Positions 43,201 through 58,200 are shown, numbered from the stretch's first letter. The stretch is DNA of 64,000 bases from Candidatus Spongiisociaceae bacterium (GCA_965202665.1 OZ241841.1:2368001-2432000); one strand, 5' to 3'. The notes: generated by a model not told the origin, from the sequence alone. A program made the numbers and translations.

Positions 43201-46200
43201 GGAGCTGTTGCGGGTGGGGGCCAACTTGGAGGGTCGGACCGCGGAGGGGGACGACTCTGAGACCAACCAGGAACTCATCCTCCATCCCCATCTGGAAGGT
43301 TGGACGGTGGAAGGGGCCATCTTTGAAATCACCGACGACGACCCGGCCTCCCTGCAACTGGAGCTGGACAAAACCAGATTAGAGGAGAACGCCGGGTCGC
43401 AGTCGGTGCGAGTGACCGCCCGGGTGGTCGCGCCGGACGGTTCCGCCGGCGCCTTCCCGGAGGACATTCCGTTGGTGTTGCAATGGGCGAACTTCCACCA
43501 GAATGAAGGGGATGAATCCCGCTTGTCGGCTACCGGCCTGGCTAAAGAAGATCACGACTTCCGACTGCAGGGGACTGCGCAGTTGGAGGACGACGAACCG
43601 GTAACCATATCGGGCCCTAATCTCCGCGCGACGGTGAATAGGTCGCAGGTGACGGAGGGTTCAGAGGTAGATGTTCTGTTGAATTTGCGTTTCCAGTCGA
43701 TACTCGGTGACGGTGGCGCGAATGTTACGGTGTCGGTGGGGGTGGCGGGGGATTCGGCTGTGGCGGGGACGGATTATGAGTTGGTTTCGGCGCATTTTCA
43801 GAGTCCATTGACGATCACCAACGGACGGTTTAGCGTTCACGCTCGGAAGGGTACCATCGGTGCGAACATTACTTTGCGATTTAGGGTGACCGACGACGCG
43901 ATGCATGAGGGGGCGGAGGTTATTACCATCGGTACCGATCGGGGGGCCTCGACGCAGTTGGTTATTCCGGCCAACGACATCCCACCCCCCGCGGATCGCA
44001 AGTTGGTGACCATACCGGCCGGTTCCAGCAGCGCCTCGGCCGTCTTCGACTTGGAAGTGGTGGATGACATTCTGGACGAGGGCGCGGGGGAGGACATTGT
44101 GTTTAGAGCGGTCGGCGCCGCCCTGCTCGGCTCCGACCTGTCCGCCCGCTTGCGGATAGTGGACAACGATTCGGCGGCGGAAACCATAATTCTGACCGCA
44201 ACCCCGGGCGGGTCGGGTTCGGGGCCGGGGGTGGTGAGCGAAAGCGCCGGCGCCGATCTGGAATTGAACATGGCGGTGGGCTTCCCGCAGGGTTCGGCGG
44301 AGCGGTTGGAGGATACGGTGGTTACCTTGTCGGTCGAAAACGGTTCGGCGGACTCCTCCGATTACAGTTTGACCTTCTCAGACCCGGACGGGGCCGGGCC
44401 GTTGACGGCGGGGCAAGTGGTGATTCCGGCGGGAGAGACAGCGGCCCAGGTCCGGCTCGGTCCGGCGGTGGCGGACGATCCGGGCACTGCCGATGTGAAC
44501 GAGGCGCAACCGGCTTCGGCTGATTTCGACGTGACCGATGACACGGCCGCGGAAGGCGACGAAACCTTCTTCATCAAAGGCGCGGCGGAAGGGTTTGCGG
44601 TCCGGTCGGAAACGGTGACCATTCGGGATTCGGAACCGGCCGCCATCCTGTTGACCATCGGCTCCACCCAGTTTGCGCAGGAGTTGGAGTTGGCGGAGGA
44701 CATTCACGCCTCCACCACCGGGACCCTGACCCTGAAAATTAAAGCGGCTTTCCCGGAGTCGGTGGCGGATGGGGATTTGCCGGGCACGGCCACCGTAATC
44801 ACTTTGGGCGGCGCGGACGGGAAGTTGCGGGAGCGGAACGGGGCGGTTTCCCGGCCGGCCACCGCGGGCGACTACGCGGTGCAGAGCGCGGTGCTCGACA
44901 CTCGCAACACCCCCCTCACTCTTACCATTCCGGCCAACACGCGCAGCGCGGAGGGGACGATTCGGGTGGGGCTGACCGATGACCAAATCGTGGAAGGAAT
45001 GGAAAACCTGCAAATAGTGGGTTCCGCCTCCGGCCAAGTGGTGTCCCCGGCGGTTATCCACATCGCCGACGACGACACTGTTCCGCCCGCTTTTGACCTG
45101 TCGGTTTCCCCGTTGTTCGCCGCCGAAGGAGCGGCCGCTCCCGTCCCGGTCACGGTCACCGCCCGGGCCCGGGGCGCCGCCCGGCTGGGGTTGGACACGG
45201 TCATTCAGTTGGCCTTGAGCCCCACCGAAGTGGGGGGTCCCGACTTCCAGCCGGTGGCGGCGAATGATTTGCGGTTGACGGTTCCGGCGAACGCGGCCAG
45301 CGGCTCGGTTACCTTCAATTTGACGATGGTGGACGACAACGTAGCGGAAGGGGTGACCGCCGTGTTGGACGCCGCGCAGTTGTCCGGGTCGGCCACTTCG
45401 CCTTTCAGCGGGGAAGAGTTGACGGTGGCCGCGGTGGGACAGCAGTCGCGGGTGGTGATGTTAGACAACGACGTAGCCCCCCGCAGCATCGCTTTGAGCA
45501 TTCCCACCGGCGGGGTGCGGGAAGGGTCCGAAACCAATTCGGCCACGGTGCGGGCCTCCTTCCCGGACGGGTCGCCGGTGCGGCCGGTGGACACCAAAGT
45601 GTTGGTGCGGATCGGGGGAGCGGTGAACAACGCGGACGAGGAGGCGGGCGCGGGGGATTACGCGGCCCCCTCCAACCTGCTGGTAACCATCCCCGCCGGA
45701 CAGACGTCCGGCCAAGCCTCGTTCGACATTCGCCTGGTGGACGATCGGCTGAGCGAAGAGCCGGAAAACGTCACTTTGACCGGGCGGGCGATCGCCCCCT
45801 ACCACAAACCCTATCCGGCTTTGCCGCAAACCGATTTCACAGTGTCCCACGCCGTTTTGACCATCACCGACAACGACGTGCCGCCTTCTTTCGTAACCCT
45901 GCAAGTGGCCCCCGTCCCGCCCGCCGGGGCCGCCGGGGCGTCCGGGACGGCGGCGGCCAGGCTGTTTACGGGGATGGTGCGGGAAGGGGACGAGGTGACC
46001 GAATACACGGTGACCGCCTCTTTCGGCCCGGGGGCCGCCCGCTCCAAAAACACCGTCCTCACCCTCGGCTTGGGCGGCCGGGCGGCCAGCACAGTGGGGC
46101 TCACCCTCCCCAACGGACAGCCGATTATCGGGCCGGACGGGCTCCCGGCGACCATCACCATCCCCGGCGACACCGCAGTCAAAGGCGCCGACTTCCAAAT

Positions 46201-49200
46201 AGTGGACGAAGACGGCGACCCGGTAACCGACGACTTGACCCTCACCATCCCCGCCGGACAAACCCGCGGCTCCGCCTCTTTCCGGCTGAAAGTGGTAGAC
46301 GATTCGGTAGCCGGCGAAAACCCGGAGACCCTGACCGTCTTTTCCACCGCCGCCCCTCCGGCAAACTCCAATCCCCGGTTCGCGGTCATGCCCGCCACCG
46401 TCACCATCCTGGACAACGATCAAGTGTCGGAGATAGTCCTCACCCTGCTCGACTCCTCCGACCAGCCTTTGGAGTCGGTGAATGAAAACGCCGGGAGGGT
46501 GACGGTGAAAGTGAAAGCCTCCTACCCGGGAACCGCCGTCCTCGGCGCCAACACGGCCCTGAACGTGTCGGTGAACGACGGGAGCGCCGAAGGAAAAGGC
46601 GTGGACTACACCCCCGACCCCGCCGACACGGACGTGACCATACCGGCCGGAGACAACTCCGTCACCGCCACCTTCGACATTGACATCAACGACGACCCCC
46701 TGCGGGAAGCGGACGAAACCATCCGCTTCGAGGCAACGGTGACCGGGTTGCAAACCGCCGAATTCACTATTCGTCCGGTGGAGTTGACCATCGTGGACAC
46801 CCTGCCGGTAACCATCACCGCCGACGTGGATTCGATAGCCACCGGCGTCCAAACCGCGGTCGGCGAAGACAGCGGAATCACCGATGTGGCCGTCGCCGTC
46901 TCGCTGGAAGCCGGCGAAGTCGCTCCCCCCGGCGGCTTGGCCTTCACCCTCGCTTGGGCGGAAACCGCCGACTCCGACAAAGCCGACCTGGGAACCGGAA
47001 CCGGCGATGATTTCACGCTGGTGGACGGATCCGGCGACCCGCTGGACGACGCAACGGCCACCATCCCCGAAGGCCAAAGCAGCGTTTCGCTCACCATGCG
47101 CCTCAAAGTGGCCGACGACCGCAACGTGGAACCCAACGAAACCCTGACTATCACCGCCTCGTTGGCCGACCTCGCCCTGGAACTCACCCCGCCCACCCTG
47201 ACCATAAACGACAACGATGCGGACCTGACCGTGGACAAGGCTACGGTGACGGAAGGGGAGGCGGAAACCATAACCGTCACCGCCTCCGTAGGCGCCCCCG
47301 CCCCGGCCGGCGGGCGCACCGTGGCCGTCGCCGTCGCCGACTCCGCCGACGACCCCGCCTACACGGCCGCCTCCGGGGATTACACCGCCAACCCCTCCTC
47401 TCTCAACGTGACCATACCGGCCGGGCAGACCAGCGCCGCCGCCTCCTTCGACCTAACCGCCTTCACCGAAAACACCCGGGCCGAAGATCATAAGACGTTG
47501 GCGGTGACCGGTTCTTTGACCGACTTCCAAGTGGATGCGGCCGATTTGACTTTGCTGGACAACGACCGGGGAATCACTGTGACCATCACCGACTCCGCCG
47601 ACCAGCCCCTAACCCTGACCGAAAACGGAACGCCGGTCACGGCCAAAGTAACCGTCGCCTTGAACGCCGCCTCCAACGCCTTGAGCGGGAACGTCCCGGT
47701 GGCGGTGGAAGTGGGGGCGACCGGTCCGGGGACGGCCGGCCGCGGCGCTTCCGCCACCGACTTCACCGCCGCCTCCAACACCCTCAACATCCCCATCGCC
47801 GCCGGTTCCACATCCGCCTCCGCCACCGTCGACATCACCGTCGCCGCCGACCAGATAGCCGAATGGGACGAACCCATCTGGTTCGCCGGCGCCGCCGCCG
47901 GATTCACTTTCACCGACGGCCATCTGCGCATCGAAGACGACGATTCGGAAATAGCGGTAACCCTCAACAAGTCCTCCGCCCGGGAAGGGGCCGCCGGGGA
48001 CGTCACGCAAGGCGGCGTAAGTTACGTGCGTTTCACCGCCACGGCCAGCTACACGGGGGCCGCCTCGTCGGAGATGGGCGCCGTTCAAATACAACTCAAC
48101 CCGCGGGGCTCCGGCTCCAAACCGGCCGACGCCGCCGACTACGCCTACCCCACCCCCAACAGCATCCAAATCAGCGCCGGCTCCCTGCAAACCGCCTCTT
48201 CCCAGAACTTGGACCTGCGGATAGTCGACGACGCCCGGGTGGACGACGGCTCCGGGGCCGACAACGCGGAAACCCTGGAATTTTACGGGACCGGTTCATA
48301 CACGGCGCATGGGATAAGCCAAACCGTCACCGCCAAGTCGGGTTCGGTTTCCATCTTGGACAACGACCATCAGATCACTTTGGCCCTCACCGAATCCGGT
48401 TCCCCTTACACCGGCGGAACCGAAGGAGACGACCTGGGGACGGTGAGCGCCAAAGCCTCCTTCCGCAGCGGCGTCACCTCCGACCGTACTTCCCCCACCG
48501 TGATCACCTTGCACATCGACGACGTAAACAACGCCGGCGACTCTTCCGACGACGCTATCACCGCCGAAGCCGGGGACGTTACCGACCCGGCCGCTCCCAT
48601 AACCATCACCATCCCGGCCGCCGGGACGGAAAGCAACACGACCGCCCTCACCGGATTTTCTTTCACCGACGACTCCGTAGCCGAATTGCGGGAAAGGGTG
48701 TTGGCGGGCGGGACCGCCGACGACAGCCTGCCGGTGAGCGACGTGGCCTTGGACATCGTGGACGACGACTCCCGGATCACCCTCGATTTTGGAACCACTA
48801 TGGCCGAAGAGTCGGACGCCAACGCCGGCGACGCCATGGTCACCGCCAAATTCGCCTCCACCGCCCAAAGTGTGGAATTCAACGCCGCCACCACCATCAC
48901 CCTCGCTTTCAGCACCGAAGGCGCCGCCAACGCCGAAGCGGCCGATTTCACCGCCCCCGCCGCCGGCAGTGAAATCACCGTCACCATCCCCGCCGGTTCC
49001 ACCAGCAGCTCCGCGGTCGCCCTGACTAGCGTGGTCCTCGACGACGACCCCCGGGCCGAAGGTAACGAAACCATCGCCGTAGACGGAACCGCCGCCGTCG
49101 CCGGAGACAGCGTCGGCTTGCCCGTCGACCGCTCCTACCTGACCATTCTGGACGACGACTTGCAGTTGGTGATTACCCACGGCACTTTCCAAAACTACGA

Positions 49201-52200
49201 GGACTCTAATGACGTTGTCCCGGTCAAGGTCAGCTTCGACTCCGCCACTACCTACTCCGACCTGACCGAAGATTTCACCGTCCGCGTGTCCACATCCGAA
49301 TCTGACCCGGTTTCCGCCCGGGGCGGCGGCGCGGACTTCCACAACAGGTCCCGCACTCTCACCATTCCGGCCGGCCAGCTCAACAGCGGCAGTTTCAAGT
49401 TTTTGTACGGAGTTGTCATCGTCGATGACACCATCGCCGAACCACAAGAAAATTTCCTACTCACCGGAACCACCTCCCTGCCCTCCGAGTGGGGCGTTAC
49501 GGTAACCCCCGCCACCCTTTACATCAGGCAAAGCGATACGGATATTGCCTTATCCTTCGGTAATACGAGGGCCGAGGAGAATAGTGACGAAAACGCCGAG
49601 GACGCGAAAATTACCGCCAGTTTCAGCTCGGCGACCTCCTCGGAGATAAGCACCGCCACCACCGTCACGCTCTCCTTTGGCAACGGAACCGCCACCTTGG
49701 GTTCCTGTACCGGGACCGGCCAGGCGCGGACTTGTACCGGGGATTTCTTAAATCCGAGTTCGGCGATAACAGTGGTAATTCCCGCCAACACCCTCACCTC
49801 GGCGGCCAAATCTTTGTCCGGTCTACCCCTTGTAAACGACAATGTTGCGGAGAAGAATGAAACTATCAAAGTGACAGGAAGTTCTCCCTCCTTTGGTGTA
49901 GACAGGACGGATTTGGTGGTGGCGGATTTAGATTCGGTGGTTTCATTCAAATTTAAGTCGACGTCTAGTAATACGATCAGCTTGAATGAAGGGACTGCCG
50001 GATCGGATGTGGAGGTGAAGGCAGAGTTCTTCTACCCCGGCGTAACTAATGGAATCGGCTCCAATCTAGATATCGAAGTGGTTTTCCGACCTGGGTATGA
50101 TGGGGACTCCATCGACGACTATACTTATTCCCCCTCCACCCCCAACACGTTAACCATTCCCTCGACGGGTTTATCCAGTAGCTTCGTGGCTTTGAATGGT
50201 CTGACCATCGTAGACGATGCGGTAACCGAAGACTCGGAACTTTTTTGGATTGACGGAACCACTACTACCAGCATTGCCAATATCATTAATGGTGAAATAA
50301 CGATAAACGACACCGACACCGGCATCGAACTGTCGGTTTCCCCCGAAGTGGTAGTGGAAGGGACCACCCAGACCGTCACCGTAACCACCGGTTTCGCCGG
50401 GGTAACCTCCTCCACCCGCAACGGGAACACCGATGTGACGGTATCGATTACCGGCGATGGGTCGACCGGGAAGGCGAAACTGGGTTCCGCGGGGCCGCCG
50501 ATCGACGGCGACTTCGACACCAATAAAACAAACGACCAATTCACCATCACCATCCCCGCCAGGTCAGTCAGCCACACCGGTACTTTTGAACTAACCGCCT
50601 TCAAAGAAGACCCCGATCTTGTCGAAGCGGCCGAAGAGGTAACAGTTTCCGGGGCGGCAACCGTGGGCACCTCGGTTACGGCCAGCGACACCCTGCAAAT
50701 TTATGACAAAGGCATCACCCTGACTTGGGAGGACAGCGAGGGCAATCCCTTGACCAGTGTGGAGGAGGCGAGCGGGTCCACCCAGGTGACGGTGAAAGCC
50801 ACTCTGCCCGACGGTATAAGGTCCACCAGCAATCTGGTGGTGGGGGTGAACGTGGCCGCTGGCACCGCCGGTTTGGATGCTGGCACCACCTGGGATGTGG
50901 GGGAGGACTTCCGAGTAACCTACCCGGAATTGCGCTCCGGCACGCCCGCCGGATACGCGTTGGGGATCCCCATCGCGGCGGGGGCAGGTAGCGGGACCGC
51001 CACTTTCACCCTGCTGATAAACGACGACGAGGTAGCGGAGGGGACCACCGGTGAAACCATCCTCCTGGAGGCGGGCAACGTAACCGTCAGCGGCTCCAAC
51101 TTGCCGGCGACCGCCGAATCTTCTTTGTCCGTCACCGACGACGATTCGGACATTGAACTGACCTTCGGTGATACCAAAGCCATGGAAGACGCCGACCTGA
51201 ACGCCGGGGACGCGGAGATTACCGCCCGTTTCAACTCGGCGGACACTTCGGAGATAAACGCCATCACCACCGTCACGCTTGCTTTCGCCGATGGGACCGC
51301 CACCTCCGGGTCGGGTAATGATTACACGGCTCCGAGCACGGCTATAACGGTGCAAATTCCAGCCAACACTGTTTCTTCGGCGGCCACATCTTTGTCCGGT
51401 TTGGCCCTGATAAACGACACCGTTGCGGAACCGGAGGAGACCATCGTCGTGTCAGGGACCGCCGGTTCCCACACCGTTACCGGAGCGGACCTGGCGGTGG
51501 TGGATGATGATTCGGTGGTTACTTTGACACTCACCCCGGCCAAACTGACCGAAGGCGGCGCCGGGTCCGATGTGATGGTGGCGGCCGCCTTCCCCTCCAC
51601 AACCACCTCCAACTCAATCGGCGCCGATACCGTCATCACCCTGTCAGTGGCGGCCGACGGGAGCGCCACCGCCCAAGCCGCCGATTTTGCCTACTCCCCG
51701 GCCCAGAGTTCTCCCGACACGGTAACCATCCCCTCCACGGCCACCTCCAGTTCCACCAGCGGCACGTTGACCGGTTTGACCATCGCCAACGATGCCATAA
51801 CCGAAGATCTGGAAACTTTGCTGGTGTCCGGAACCCCCGACCAGGAGGTGATAGTTAACACTTCCACCCTGACGATAAACGACGCCGACAACGACTCCGG
51901 CATCTCCATTTCGGTGATACCACAGACGGTGGCCGAGCGGAGCGCCGCCCACACCATTACCGTCACCGTCGGTTTTGCCGGAGAGGTAACTTCTTCCACC
52001 CGCGCCTCCGATACTACGGTGAGGGTGGAAGTCAACGGCGACGGCGCCGCCGGGAAAGCCACTTTTGGATCGGTGACCACCGGCGACTTCTATGCCACCG
52101 ATAACCAGGTGCCTGTCAACAATATCACCTATATAGACATAATCATCCCAGCCGGTACCACCTCAGCCACCGGTACCTTCCAGTTGACCGCCCGGGACGA

Positions 52201-55200
52201 CATGGACGACGATGAAGGAGCGGAGGCGGTGACCCTGGTCGGGTCGGCCACCGTGGATGGGGAGGCGGTAAGCGACTCCACCGATGTAACCATAGTGGAC
52301 CGGGTGATCACGCTGTCGCTGGCGGACGGCGACGGGAACGCCCTGACCAGTTTGGGGGAGGCGAGCGGGACCACGCAGATAACGGTCACCGCCACATTGC
52401 CCTCCGGGTTGGTGGCGGACGCCGGCGGGGAAGTGGTGGGGGTGAACGTGGTCACCGGCAACGACGCCGGCACCGCCACTATGGGTGCTGCCGGCCCCAC
52501 CTGGGGCGCCGGGGAGGACTACCGAATTAACTTCCCGGCGATTGTGCCCGCCGGCACGCCCGCCGGATACGCGTTGGGGATCCCCATCCTGGCGGGGCAA
52601 GACTCCGGGACGGCCACTTTCTCGTTGGAGATAAACGACGATACGATAGCGGAAGGGCTGACCGCGGAAACCATCCTGTTGCAAGGTTCGGACACCACCG
52701 TCGGCGTCTACACGTTGAAGGTATCCGAAATATCCCTGGGCGTAGACGACGATGATTCGCAGATCGCCCTGTCCTTCGGCGACACGAAAGCCTCCGAGGA
52801 GGACGGCAACGCCGGAGACGCCCAAATCACCGCCAGTTTCACCGGGGCGACCAGTTCCGTAATCGGCGTCACCACCGTCACACTCTCTTTCGCCGCCGGA
52901 ACCGCCACCGCCGGGGGAACCGACTTCACGGCCCCCACACCGGCGATAACGGTGGAAATCCCCGCCAACACCGTTTCCTCCACGGCCCTGTCCCTGTCCG
53001 GGTTGTCTCTCACCGACGACGCCCGGGCCGAAGGGGAAGAAACCATCACCGTTTCCGGCTCCTCCGGTTCCTACACCATCAGTTCGGCCACTTTGTACAT
53101 AGTCGACGACAACTCGGTGGTGCAACTGACCAACGTCGACGGCGACTCCGTGCCCGAAGATTCGGACGGTTCGGGAGTGTCGGTGTCAGCCGCCTTCCCC
53201 GCCGGCACCACCGCCAGCGACATTAGTTCGGATACGGTAATCACCCTGTCGGTAAGCGATGGGACCGCCATGGCCTCCGACAACGATTACTCCTACGGCG
53301 CGGCCGATACGGTAACCATCCCCGCCAACGCATTATCCTCTTCCACTTCCGCAACCTTGCGCGGGTTGAGCGTGGAGCCGGACACGGTCACCGAAGGGCC
53401 GGAAACGGTGCTGGTGGGCGGCTCGTCTTCGCTGGGGGATGCCGCCGAATTCTCCCTGACCTTGGACGACGGGGACACCGGCATCGCCATTTCGGTTTCG
53501 CCGTCGACGGTGGTGGAAGGCGCCGACGCCCACGACATTACCGTCACCGCCGAATTCGCCGATGTCGCATCCTCCACCCGCGGCGCCGCCACCACGGTGA
53601 CGGTGGACATCACCAACGACGGCACCGCCACCCTCGGTTCACCCCCTCCCGGAACAAGCAACGACTTCTACACCGACAAAACCGGCAACCAGTTCACCAT
53701 CACCATCCCGGCCCGTATGACCAGCCACACCGGCGCCTTCAAGCTGACCGCCCCGGACGACGCCGACAACGGCGAAGGGGAGGAGACGGCCACCGTGAAA
53801 GGGTCGGCCACCGTGGACGGAAACGATGTTTCGGACACCGCCGACATCACCATCCTCAACAAGCAGGTCAGCCTGTCGCTGACGGACAGCGAAGGGAACG
53901 CTCTGACCAGCGTGGCGGAAGGAAGCGGATCCACGCAGGTGACGGTCACCGCCGCCCTGCCCGGCAGCGTGGTAGCGGACTCCGGCGGGGAAGTGGTGGG
54001 GGTGAACGTGGTAGCCGACACCGCCGGTTTGGACGATGGCACCACCTGGGATGCGGGGGAGGACTTCCGAGTAACCTACCCGGCGAAACCCCCCGGCACC
54101 CCGGTCGGGTATGCGCTGGGGGTTCCCATCGCGGCGGGGCAACAGACCGGGACGGCCACTTTCACCCTGGTGGTGAACGATGATGCGGTAGCGGAAGGGC
54201 TGGAAGCGGAAAACATTCGGGTGCGGGGCGGGGATGTGACTGTAAGCTCCTCCACCCTGTCGGTGCGGGGGGCCGGCCTGGGAATCGAAGATAACAATTC
54301 GGCGATCGAGCTGTCCTTCGGCGACACCAAAGCCTCAGAGTCGGACGGACACGCCGGCGACGCCATGCTCACCGCCGCATACGCCGGGGCTACCAGTTCG
54401 GTGATAAGCGACCCGGTTACCGTCACCATCTCCTTTAGCAACGGCACCGCCATCTCCGGTCCCAGCAGTGATTACACGCCCCCGGTTTCGGCGATGACCG
54501 TGCAGATCCCGGCCAACACCGCTTCTTCGGCCGCCCGGGCTTTGTCCGGCGTGGCCCTTCGGAACGACAAGCGGGCCGAAGTGGAAGAAACCATCGCCGT
54601 ATCCGGAACCGCTACCGGCGACTACATGGTTACCGGCACCGACCTGGCGGTGGTTGATGATGATTCGGTAATTACTTTGACCGTATCCAAAACCACCTTC
54701 GAGGAGGGTGAAACCGTGTCCGGGGTGACGGTGTCCGCCAAATTCCCAGACGGCATCACCGGCAACGACATTCTCGGCGATACGGGCATTCCGGTGGACA
54801 CCATCATCACTTTGTCGGTGTCGGGAGGGGGGACCGCCACCGCCGATGGCAACGACTTCACCTATAACCCGGCTTCGCCCATAACGTTGACTATTCCCGA
54901 GCAAAGCATTTCGCCTTCCGTCAGCCAAACTGTGACCGGGTTGGTTTTTTCCGACGACGATGTGACCGAGGACCCGGAGACTTTGCTGGTGGGAGGAGAC
55001 CCCAATGTGGCGGTGGTGGTCAACCCCGTTGTCCTGACGTTGAACGACGCCGACAACGACCTGGACATTTCGGTGTCGCCGGCGACGGTGGCGGAACGGA
55101 GCGACCCGTATGATGTGACCGTAACCGCCGGATTCGCCGGGGCGACTTCTTCCACCAGAACTTCCCCCACTTCGGTGGCCGTGCAAATAGGAAGCGGCGA

Positions 55201-58200
55201 CACCGACGGGGCGACTCGGGGTGCGCCGTCCCCTCCCAGCGGCGACTTCTGGACCGACAAATCCGGCGACACTTTCACCATCAACATCCCGGCCGGGGAC
55301 CACACCGCCACCGGGACTTTTGAGTTGACCGCCCGCAGCGACGGCGACAACACCGAAGGGACGGAGACGGTAAAAGTGTCCGGGAGCGCCACCGTAGACG
55401 GGGAAGCCACCAGCGACGCGGAGGATATAAGCCTCTTGCAGCAAGGGATAGAATTGTCGGTAGTTGACGCCGACACCACCCTCGCTGGTATCCAGACGAC
55501 CCTTACAGAGGGCGCGGGAGACTCCGCGGGAGACACCAATGTGAGCATCAAGGCCGCCCTCAAGTCCGGCATACCCGCTGGCACAGGGGCGGTTACGGTC
55601 AGCGTGACGGTGACCACCCATTACACCGACAGCGGGCAACCGGTGACACATACCGGAACCATCACCATCCCCGACGGGGACACCGAAAAAACCGCCGACA
55701 TTCCGGTAAACGTGAAAGACGACGAAGTAGTCGGCGAAGGCGACGGAACTTGGATGATCGACGCCACCGCCGACGAAGGCTACCGAGTGGAAGGAACGAC
55801 GGTGGACGTTGTCGACGACGACGCCGTCGCCCATGTGGAACTGATGGTTAGCCCAAGCGCGGTAGACGAGGGTACCAGCAACCAGAGCGTATCCGTAACG
55901 GCCCAGTTCCCGGCTGGTTCGTCCACACTCACCTCCGCCACGACGGTAACCGTCGATGTGGGCGGAACGGGCACCACCGCCGGTTCCGGTACGGACTTCG
56001 ATAATCTGAATCCCGCCTCGCTAACGCTGACCATCCCCGCCGGGAGCCGGCAGTCAGAGACCAAGGCTTTCAGCGTGGACATCCTGGACGACGACGTAAC
56101 CGAAGGCCCCGAGCAAATCGCGCTGGGCGGCTCCGCCACTGGCGGCGTAGCGGTCAATGATTCCAACTTAACCATAAACGACCTGGACGACGACATAGAA
56201 ATTTCAGTGTCGCCGACGACGGTAGCGGAGCGGACCGACCCGTACGATGTGACCGTAACCGCCGAATTCGCCGGGGTAGATTCTTCCAGCAGAACCTCCG
56301 CCACCCGGGTAACAGTGGACATCACTGACGACGGCACAGCTACCCGGGGTTCATCCACCCCCACGCCCAGCGGCGATTTCGGGACTGACCAAACCAATAA
56401 CAGATTCACCATCGACATCCCGGCCGGGGATTACAACGAGACGGGGACTTTCCGGTTGACCGCTCACAGCGACGGCGACGACAATGAAGGGACGGAGACG
56501 GTAGAAGTGTCCGGGAGCGCCACCGTAGATGGGGAAAGCACCAGCGACGATGCGGAAATCAGCCTATTGGAGGACGGCATAGAGTTATCAGTGGTAGACG
56601 CCGACACCACCGTCACCGACACTCAGACGACCATTTCGGAGGGAACGGGAAGGGCCGGGGTGAGCATCCGGGCCGCTCTCCAGTCCGGTGTACCCGCCGG
56701 CACAGGGGCGGTTACGGTCGACGTGACGGTGACCACCCATTACACCGACGGCGGGCAACCGGTAGCCGAAGCCGGAACCATCACCATCCCCGACGGGATG
56801 ACCAGCGGAACCGCCGACATCATGGTGGACGTGCAGGATGACAATGTGGCTGGCCAAGGCGGCGGAACCTGGAACATCACCGCCACCGCCGACGAAGGCT
56901 ACACAGTGGCAGGAACAACGGTGGATGTGACCGACGACGACACCGCCCCCACCCAAATCGAACTGTCGATCAACCCAAGTGCGGTAAATGAAGATGCGTC
57001 GAACCAAAACATAACGGTGACGGCCAGTTTCCCGTCCGGTTCGGCCACCCTCACATCCAACACGACGGTTGCCATCACCGTAGGCGGCGGAACAGGCACC
57101 GGTGTCGCCACTCCCACTACTGACTACACCGCGAATCCATCCTCGTTCTCCGTGACAATCGATGCGGGTGATACATCGGCAACGGGGTCATTCACGGTGA
57201 CCACTGTGAACGACCAAATCACCGATGGAGCTGAGCAGGTCGCGGTAACAGGCGACTCCTCCGGGTTCACTGTCAGTTCCGCCATTTTGACCATCAACGA
57301 CACCTCCACCGCCCCTACGCAACCTCCACCTACGCAACCTCCGCCTACGCCGCCTACGCAACCTCCGCCTACGCCGCCTACGCAACCTCCGCCTACGCCG
57401 CCTACGCAACCTCCGCCTACGCCGCCTACGCAACCTCCGCCTACGCAACCTCCGCCTACGCAACCTCCGCCTACGCAACCTCCGCCTACGCAACCTCCGC
57501 CCGATGACGGCGGGACGCCCCCGCCCGACGGCGGCGATGGCGGCGGTACGACGCCTCCGCCCGACGACGGCGAAGACGGCGGGGAGGGCGGCGGCGACGA
57601 CGAAGAAGGTCAGGACAGCGAAGGCGGCGAGATTGTTGACGACGGCGAGCAGGACGGCGAGGCCGGTTCCGGCGGTTCGGGCGGCTCTGGCGGGGGCGGT
57701 TCCGCCGGGTCGCGGTGCGATGGCCGTTTCTGCGACGACGACGACAACGTCCATCAAGCCAACATCGAGAAGATGGCCGAATGGGAGATCACCTTGGGAT
57801 GCGACGCCGACAACCCGACCCTGTTCTGCCCGTCGCAGACTATCCAACGGCGCCAGATGGCCGCTTTCCTGCACCGGGCGTACACTTTCCGGTTCGGTGA
57901 ACCGCAGGCCCCGGAAGGGGTGGTCCTGACGGACGTGTCCCCCACCATCTGGTACCGCCCGTTCGCCGAATGGGTGGTGTCGGTGGGGGCTTTCGAAGCC
58001 CCGCAGGGACTGTTCCGGCCCAGGGGGGTGGTGACCAGGGCTGACATGGCGGTGATGATGGTGGCCGCTTTCCCCCATCTGCTGGCGGCGGAGGAGCCGC
58101 AGAACCTGTTCGAGGACGTGTCCGACCTGCCGGAGGATACGGTGCGGGCCATCGAAGGCCTGTACGCGGCGGAAATCACTTTGGGCTGCACCACTTCCGC

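Noticed and set aside
57314-57501. Tandem repeat as a CRISPR array
   Set aside because: Contiguous units with no spacers, in-frame within a CDS.
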